Assembly: GCA_041946735.1 (NCBI GenBank)
Contig: JBHGAY010000002.1
Coordinates: 128,001-192,000 of the forward strand
DNA from: Candidatus Eiseniibacteriota bacterium
GTDB taxonomy: Bacteria; Eisenbacteria; RBG-16-71-46; CAIMUX01; VGJL01
DNA length: 64,000 bases
Direction of reading: 5' to 3'
Shown here: piece after piece, positions 58,226 to 64,000 of the stretch
How the letters are laid out: every line of letters starts with the position of its first letter
How positions within the stretch are numbered: position 1 is the stretch's first letter
Translations under genes and position numbers: made by a program
Notes under the pieces: generated by a model
Databases searched by the model: none
Seen by the model: the letters and a program-made list of their open reading frames with translations, nothing else
Told to the model about the DNA's origin: nothing

Positions 58226-58756
58226 TCAGGCGGCGCCCTGCGCCGGGGGCGCGCTTCGCGTTTTGTTCGGATCACGCCGCGCGGGCGGCGAGGACACGCG
58301 CGCAAGCGCCGCTCGAATGCGCGCGGCGATCTCCTCGCGTTGCGCATCGTTCTCGTAAGGGTTCCGTGGCCAGAAGAAGCCCTTGAGACCGTCGCCACGG
58401 CGACGGGGCACGATGTGCGCGTGCAGGTGCGGCACGCTCTGGCTGACGCGATGATTGACAGCGAGAAAGGCCCCTTGCGCTCCCAGAGACTCCTCCACGG
58501 CGGTCGCCAGGTCGCGCATGGCGAGCAGGAACGGAGCCGCCAGGTCCTCCGGCAGGTCGGCGATGGTCGGAACGTGGCGCCGCGGGATCAGCAGGACGTG
58601 CCCCGGGAAGAGCGGCCTGTGATCGAGAAACGCCAGGAGCCGCTCCGTCTCGAACACGACGCTCGCCGGCCTCTCTCCCTCGACGATCGCGCAGAATGCA
58701 CATTCCGGCGCCGGGACCTCAGGCGAACTTTCTTCGGACCGTTCCATCCGTGCCAT
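58226..58756 (-). CDS. HIT-family nucleotide hydrolase
   Basis: CAFCAI, FLDHRPLFPGHVLLIPRRH, QSVPHLHAHIVPR. Confidence 0.92.
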   Translation of the reverse strand: MARMERSEESSPEVPAPECAFCAIVEGERPASVVFETERLLAFLDHRPLFPGHVLLIPRRHVPTIADLPEDLAAPFLLAMRDLATAVEESLGAQGAFLAVNHRVSQSVPHLHAHIVPRRRGDGLKGFFWPRNPYENDAQREEIAARIRAALARVSSPPARRDPNKTRSAPPAQGAA

Positions 58757-59163
58757 CCTCCTCTTCCTCTTCCTCTTCGTGCGGGATTCCCTCGTACGGC
58801 GATCGAACGGCGGACGGACGAAGCGCCTCGCCGAACGAGAGCCGGAGAGCCGGCCGGGACGCAACCGAACGCCTCGCCTCGCGATCGATCCAGGATCGTA
58901 TCGGGGACCGCGCGCGCGAGGGAAGGATTCGAGACCGCGGACGCCAACGTGCTTGGCGGAAAGCCCTCCGACAAGCGAATGTTGAGGAAACCCGATCCGG
59001 TCTCGCCGGCTCCCCCGGCCACGCTCGGAAGCGAGGCCCAAGCCAGCTGGTCAGACTCCAGCGCCTCGAGGCCACGCGGCGTGGCACGGCGGCGGTGGCA
59101 GGCAGTCCGGATCCCCTTCGAAAACCGGAATGCGACCTCTCGTCAGCGCATCGGAGGGCTCCC

Positions 59164-59631
59164 ATGATGATGCGAACGCGCCCGTCCCGTCTCCGGATCC
59201 TGTCCCGGCTCCGCCTGCTTGCGGTCCTCGTCCTGCCGCTCGCGCTTCTCGTCCTTCCGGCCACGCGGTCGGTCGCAGACCCGGCGGGCGATTCCCCGCT
59301 CGGCCCGCTCGACGCCGCTCGGATCGGAACGACGATGCAGAGCCACGACGCGGCCATTGAATCCGACCGTCACGACGTCCTCACGCTGCTCCGGCAGCCG
59401 GCAGTCCGATCGATCGCCTCGGACGCCGGACTCGACGTCGGTCGAGCCGAAGCGCGGGTGCGGGCGATGAACGGCGATCAACTGGCCCGGGTCGCGCCTC
59501 AGGCGCGCGAGGCGATGCAAGCGATCGAGTCGGCGCAGGCGATTCACGGCGCGGACACGCTCGTAATCTCGGCCACGACGCTGATCATCGTCCTGTTGAT
59601 CATCATCCTGATCCTTGTGCTGGCGGATTAG
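59164..59631 (+). CDS. PA2779-like exported protein with a C-terminal hydrophobic anchor
   Basis: GGAGG RBS; signal peptide; LL.QP.V......GLD...AEARV.AM...QL; tail GADTLVISATTLIIVLLIIILILVLAD. Confidence 0.7.
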   Translation: MMMRTRPSRLRILSRLRLLAVLVLPLALLVLPATRSVADPAGDSPLGPLDAARIGTTMQSHDAAIESDRHDVLTLLRQPAVRSIASDAGLDVGRAEARVRAMNGDQLARVAPQAREAMQAIESAQAIHGADTLVISATTLIIVLLIIILILVLAD

Positions 59632-61342
59632 GGCCGAACGACGAGGCGCCCAGGACGGCCGGTGGCGGCTCGGGATCGCCGCGCTGCTGCTCATCGGAGC
59701 CAGCGCCTCGCGAGCGGCGTCCACGACGACATCGGCTCCGGAGGCGATGCTCGCCGACTCGCTGCGCCGCGAGGGGGTGATCGCCGCACGCGCGGGGAAC
59801 CTCGCGGCGGCCGACTCGCTTCTCGAGACGGCCCTGCGCCTCGCTCCTGGGTCTCCGCCGGTGCATCGCGCCCTCGCCGGCCTTCGCTTTCTCGAACAGG
59901 ACTGGGAAAGGGCTGCCGATCACGCGGAGACGGCGATCGCGCTCGGCGGCGCCGACTCCTCGATCGTCTCCCTGCTCGGCGCATGCCGCTATCTGCGCGG
60001 AGACCCGGCGAGAGCGCTCGAGTCCTGGAACCGGATCGGCTGCCCGAGAGTCGATTCCCTCTCGCTCGCGTCGGTGCCGGAGGCGCGGCGCCCCTTGCTG
60101 AAAGGCCTCCTCGGAGTCCCGCCGCGCGGGATCCTGGAAGCGGGCGCCTACCGTAGGGGCCTGCGCCGTCTGGGATCGCTGCCATCCGCGGACGCCGCCG
60201 CCCTCCGACTCCATCCTCGCGAGGATGGAAGCGTATCGATCGAAGCGGTGCTCTCCGAGGCGCCGGCGCTTCCGCGCGATCCCTGGTCCTGGGGATCCAT
60301 TGCGGCACGCGCGGGGCTCGATCGCTTCGCTCGCGTTTCGGCGGGCGGGCTTCTGGGGCGGGGAGAGAGGATCGCGATCGCCGGCCGCTGGGGCAGCGCG
60401 AGACAAGCGGCGGCGGTCTCCCTCGCGCTTCCGGCGAATGCGGCGCTGACGGTGCTGTCGAAGGTGGAGCACGAACGAGAGAGCTACACCGGAGCCAGCC
60501 TGGCGGCGCCGGTCGAGGAGAGGACATCGCTCCGGCTGCTCGCGGGTGGTTGGCGCAGCGGGTCTTTGTGGCTCGCCGGCGGCGCGACCGCAGAAGCCGC
60601 GCGAGCGGCAGGCGAGCCCGGCGAACCCAGCGAGCATGCGGGCGACGGCGCGCACCCGGGCACCGGACGGCCGGCACTGCGTGTCGGGCCGGCGGCCGCG
60701 GCCGGCTGGCTCGATCCGTCAGAGCATCTGGCCGTCCTGCTTTCCGCCTCGGCTCCTCGAGGAGTGGCGAACGCGGCGGGGTACGGCGCCGCCAGCCTCG
60801 CTCTCGCCTGGCGCGCGGCGGCGAGCGAAGAGCGATCCGCCGTTTCGCTGAACGCCCGAGGCGCGCTGCGCGCGGTGAGCCGGGGGGCGCCGGCGCTCGA
60901 GCTGGCTGGAGCCGGCTCGGGCTCGATCCGTCCCTTCCTGCTTCGCTCGCACGACGTCACGCGCGGCGGACGGATCGACCGGGAAGCGCTCGGCTCGCGA
61001 TTCGCTTCCGCCGGTATCGATCTTCTCGGCCCCGGCTTCTGGTTCGGGCCGGCGGGACTTCGCTTCGTCCTCTTCACGGAAGGCGCAAGCTGGAAGACCG
61101 CGACCGGTTCTTCGCGCTCGGCGGCATGCGGCGGAGTCGAGGCGCGCATCGCCCTCGCGGGCGGCGGCGGATCGCTCTCGATCGCCCGCGCCTTCGGATG
61201 GACGGACCGCTCCGCTTCCTGGTCGTTGTCATGGAGCCCGCCATGGCCAGCCCTCCCGGGAAGCGGCGGGGCCGGCGCGAGTGGCGCAACCGGGATCGAT
61301 GGACTGGCCGCCGAGGCTTTCGGAAGAGGCGTCAGCCGGTGA
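59615..61342 (+). CDS. Exported TPR protein with a possible POTRA-like region and beta-rich C-terminus (start uncertain)
   Basis: Signal-like segment; TPRs (ALRLAPGS, ALAGLRFLEQDW, LLGACRYLRGD); later Trp/Gly-rich strands. Confidence 0.6.
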   Translation: MCWRIRAERRGAQDGRWRLGIAALLLIGASASRAASTTTSAPEAMLADSLRREGVIAARAGNLAAADSLLETALRLAPGSPPVHRALAGLRFLEQDWERAADHAETAIALGGADSSIVSLLGACRYLRGDPARALESWNRIGCPRVDSLSLASVPEARRPLLKGLLGVPPRGILEAGAYRRGLRRLGSLPSADAAALRLHPREDGSVSIEAVLSEAPALPRDPWSWGSIAARAGLDRFARVSAGGLLGRGERIAIAGRWGSARQAAAVSLALPANAALTVLSKVEHERESYTGASLAAPVEERTSLRLLAGGWRSGSLWLAGGATAEAARAAGEPGEPSEHAGDGAHPGTGRPALRVGPAAAAGWLDPSEHLAVLLSASAPRGVANAAGYGAASLALAWRAAASEERSAVSLNARGALRAVSRGAPALELAGAGSGSIRPFLLRSHDVTRGGRIDREALGSRFASAGIDLLGPGFWFGPAGLRFVLFTEGASWKTATGSSRSAACGGVEARIALAGGGGSLSIARAFGWTDRSASWSLSWSPPWPALPGSGGAGASGATGIDGLAAEAFGRGVSR

Positions 61343-61535
61343 GCGACGGGGCGATGGGTCCGCCGGTAAGCGAGAGACGAGGCCGGCACATGAGCGACAG
61401 AGGACCGGAGCCACATCGCTGAACCGCGCCGCCCGCCGCCGCTTCTCGGATCCAGGGGGACGGGATCGACGAGAAGGGCGGCCGGGCCTCGGCGCGGCGG
61501 AATGGGCCGTGCGCGGGACGTGCGCGGGAAGGAGA

Positions 61536-62027
61536 TCAGCTCTTGATGCTCATCCCACCGGCGCGTTCGAGGGCGCGCTCGGCCACTTCCTTGCGGTCGT
61601 CGTGGGCGTAGACGCCGATCAGGATGCCGCCCTTCTTGACTTCCTCGGACAGAAACTTCGCTTCGTGCTCCGGGAGCCCCGCGCCGATGAGCGCCCCGAT
61701 CAGCCCTCCGACCGCTCCTCCGGCACCCGCGCCGGCGAGAGCGGCGACGAGCGGCCCCGCTGCGACAAGCCCGACGCCGGGAATGACGACGGCCCCGACG
61801 GCGGCGAGTCCCGCGGCGATCGCTCCGAGAATCCCTCCGGTGATCCCTCCCGTGGTGGCGCCTTCCGCCGCCTTCGTCCCGGTCTCGACCGCGAACTCCC
61901 GGCCTCGCGTCTCGTCGGACATCAGAACGCTGATGTCATCGCGCGAGAAACCGGCATCGACCAGATCCTCCACCGCTTCCGAGGCAGCGGCTCGACTCTT
62001 GAACACTGCGGTTACGATTTTCGCCAT
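61536..62027 (-). CDS. General stress protein (YflT/17M-like, glycine zipper)
   Basis: AVEDLVDAGFSRDDISVL, GGILGAIAAG, IPGVGLVAAGP, GLIGALIGAGLPEHEA, GGILIGV; GGAGG RBS. Confidence 0.85.
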   Translation of the reverse strand: MAKIVTAVFKSRAAASEAVEDLVDAGFSRDDISVLMSDETRGREFAVETGTKAAEGATTGGITGGILGAIAAGLAAVGAVVIPGVGLVAAGPLVAALAGAGAGGAVGGLIGALIGAGLPEHEAKFLSEEVKKGGILIGVYAHDDRKEVAERALERAGGMSIKS

Positions 62028-62147
62028 CGCTGTCACCTCCGATTGGCGCCGAATGTCGATCGGCGGGGTGTCGCTGCTCCAAGCGGTTTCTCTTGGCGCT
62101 CACTGTCGTTCTCGCGTTTTCGCGTCTCGATCGGGCGCCGTGCTCAC

Positions 62148-62280
62148 GCCGGTGCTCCTGCTGGCGCTGGTAGCTGCTGGCGCTGATGCTCCTGCTCGCT
62201 TTCGCGCGAACACCTGCTTCTACGGCGTCCCGCTTCTCATACTCGCGCTCGTTCTCGTACTCGCGCTCGTTGATACTTGC
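62148..62280. repeat. Degenerate intergenic hexamer repeats (GCTGGY/GCTCCT; CTCGTA/CTCGCG/CTCGTT)
   Basis: ctcata ctcgcg ctcgtt ctcgta ctcgcg ctcgtt; ggtgctcctgctggcgctggtagctgctggcgctgatgctcctgct. Confidence 0.7.
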
Positions 62281-62370
62281 ACTGTAGCAATGGGCTTCTC
62301 GAAAGCGGAAGAAAGGACGGCGGGAATCGCGTGAATCTTTCGTGACGAAATGGATAATCGACGGACCACA

Positions 62371-62410
62371 GAGAACGGCCCGGGGAGCTCTCGCGCCCCG
62401 GGCCGTTCTC
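62371..62410 (-). terminator. Strong hairpin downstream of the cupredoxin gene (probable terminator)
   Basis: GAGAACGGCCCGGGG-10 nt-CCCCGGGCCGTTCTC, 15-bp perfect stem; weak U-tract. Confidence 0.6.
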
Positions 62411-62451
62411 GCGCCGGCTGGCCGGCCTCGCCGACTCTTACGCGAAAGGCG

Positions 62452-63117
62452 TCACCTCAGGACGACGAGCTTCTCGGCGGCCGATGCTCCGTCCATCGTC
62501 GCCCGCACGTAGTAGATGCCGCTCGGCACGCGAGCCCCATCGCTCCCCGTGCCGTCCCAGGCCACCGCCTGGCGCCCGGCCGCGAACTCCTGGCTCGCGA
62601 TCGTGGAGACGATGCGGCCGGACGCGTCGATCACGTCGATCTGAACGAGCGAGGACCGAGGCAGGTCGAAACGGATCAGCGTCGAGGGGCCGAACGGATT
62701 AGGCTCCGCCCCGACGATCGCGAAGCGGACCGAGGGAGCGTTCCCCTCGCCGACTCCGGTCGGGCTGCGCTCGACCCGCACGACTGCCCTCATGCCCATC
62801 GCGCAATGCGGGCGGCAGAAGTAGGGAACCCGGTCCGGGCTGTTCTCGTCGAAGACGTAGGTGAAGATCGGCGACGACGCGTTCAGCGCCGTGTCGAACA
62901 TTCCGTCCGGCGTGCACGGAACGCCGGAAGTCACCGTGTGCGAGCCTTGCTCCCACACCCAGTTCACCGTGTCGCCAACCGCAATGCTCAAGCTATCGGG
63001 GACGAACTCGTAATTGAGTACCCGCACCTCGTGGGACGCCGCCGCGACTGCGGTCTGCGCGGCGCCGGCTCCGAGGAGCAAAGGCACAGCAAGCATCCAA
63101 CCATATCGAGTACGCAT
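62452..63117 (-). CDS. Secreted plastocyanin-like cupredoxin with FlgD-Ig/T9SS-type CTD
   Basis: GGAGG RBS; signal peptide; F.P..L.I.VGDTV.W, HTVT, YFCRPHCAMGM (type-1 Cu ligands); CTD PNPF...WDGT...PSGIYY. Confidence 0.9.
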   Translation of the reverse strand: MRTRYGWMLAVPLLLGAGAAQTAVAAASHEVRVLNYEFVPDSLSIAVGDTVNWVWEQGSHTVTSGVPCTPDGMFDTALNASSPIFTYVFDENSPDRVPYFCRPHCAMGMRAVVRVERSPTGVGEGNAPSVRFAIVGAEPNPFGPSTLIRFDLPRSSLVQIDVIDASGRIVSTIASQEFAAGRQAVAWDGTGSDGARVPSGIYYVRATMDGASAAEKLVVLR

Positions 63118-63357
63118 GGGGCCTCCAGCGTTCTTCGTTTTCGGCTCTCGACTGTTCGATTCCATTTTCGATCGTCGGGGATGTTCTCGCTTCGGAGAGG
63201 AAGCGAGGCGTCCTGGGAGCGGCGGCCCTGGGCTCCTCCGACGGGCCATGCTAGCGGAGCGAGGGTCTTCCGGCCACACGACGCTGGTTCGTGGCAGCTC
63301 CACGCGATGGAGGCGCTGCGGATTCGTTCGCCGCCGGAGCGGAGACCGAACGAAGCG

Positions 63358-63999
63358 TCAGAAGAGGCTGAACTTCACGTACTTCTTCGGGTTCTGCTGG
63401 ATGTCCTGGACGAGACCGCGCGTCTCGCGAACGGTCGCCACCAGCTCTTCATACAGCGCCTCGTCTTGGGAGAGCTTGCCGAGACTCCCATCCCCGTTCT
63501 GGATCCGCTCGGCGATGGTCGCGATCCGGTCGGATGCAGTCCGGAGAGCGACGAGCGTCGAATCGAGCCTCTCGCTCGCCTGCGCCGCGTTCGCCAGCAG
63601 CGTGTCGATGTCGTCCCCGTGCCCGGCCAACATGCGGCGGAGCTCCCGCATCGAGAGGTTCAGGTTTTCGAGGGCCTCCTGCAGGTCCGGGCGGCTTTCG
63701 GTCAAAAGGATCGCCGTCTCACGGCTGATCGTGCGCGTATCCTGAACGATCTCGCGGAACGAGCCGGCTCCCTGCTCGTCGAAGGTCCCCAGCATCGCGT
63801 CCATACGCAAACCGAGGACACGGAACGTTTCCAGCGTCTGCTGCATCTCGGTCATCAGCTGGGGGATTCCGGGCTGGAACGAGCCTTCGAAGACGACCTC
63901 GCTGGGGTCGACGGGAGTTCCCGTTTCCCCCGGATCCACCTGCACGACCTTCTGTCCCATGATCCCGACGTTCTCGATCTCCATCCGGGCGTCGCGATA
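63358..63999 (-). CDS. MlaD/MCE-family protein, 5' end outside the window
   Basis: Frame open to the window edge; GIMGQKVVQVDPG, helical repeats, GSLGKL..DEALY, C-terminal NPKKYVKFSLF. Confidence 0.85.
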   Translation of the reverse strand, partial: YRDARMEIENVGIMGQKVVQVDPGETGTPVDPSEVVFEGSFQPGIPQLMTEMQQTLETFRVLGLRMDAMLGTFDEQGAGSFREIVQDTRTISRETAILLTESRPDLQEALENLNLSMRELRRMLAGHGDDIDTLLANAAQASERLDSTLVALRTASDRIATIAERIQNGDGSLGKLSQDEALYEELVATVRETRGLVQDIQQNPKKYVKFSLF

Positions 64000-64000
64000 C

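Noticed and set aside
52286..58398. Minus-strand ORFs 52286..55114 and 55333..58398
   Set aside because: Antisense to the kinase, regulator and S9 peptidase; low-complexity translations.
59082..59100. Second sigma54 promoter (TGGCACG) upstream of the PA2779-like gene
   Set aside because: The -12 position reads GT rather than GC at GG-N10 spacing.

Overview
A high-GC (roughly 70%) bacterial chromosome segment carrying about 50 genes, mostly housekeeping and cell-envelope functions. I found no rRNA, tRNA, CRISPR array or mobile element. Three secreted proteins end in FlgD-Ig/T9SS-type C-terminal domains, and the window also has DUF4159/DUF4175 genes, PSP1/RicT and a Bacteroidota-style MlaD tail. 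Together these suggest a diderm FCB-affiliated candidate phylum such as Ca. Eisenbacteria; this is inference only. Main blocks in order: (1) an outer-membrane beta-barrel, two paralogous lipoproteins, then a secD-secF-DUF4159-DUF4175-TPR-secreted amidotransferase-like run; (2) histidine kinase, S8 protease, Wzx flippase, sugar nucleotidyltransferase, clpC; (3) surA, an S4/Hsp15 gene and an overlapping ftsE-ftsX-envC-holB-ricT-tatD-rsmA operon; (4) a sigma54 promoter driving a pseudo-receiver and a PocR/NG-repeat/GAF/HD-GYP protein, then moaDE; (5) PfkB kinase, M28 peptidase, trxA, ALDH7, a GT-C-like membrane protein, dsbD, EEP hydrolase; (6) uvrA, a histidine kinase with degenerate ATP-binding boxes, a CusR-like regulator, a small C2HC zinc finger, a structured-RNA candidate, a DUF1328-like protein, S9 and HIT hydrolases, a PA2779-like/TPR pair, a stress protein, a secreted cupredoxin and partial mlaD. 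The best candidates for an undescribed system are the SecDF-linked envelope operon with its upstream barrel and lipoproteins, and the pseudokinase/CusR-like/zinc-finger locus. All family calls come from reading motifs by eye; no database searches were run.
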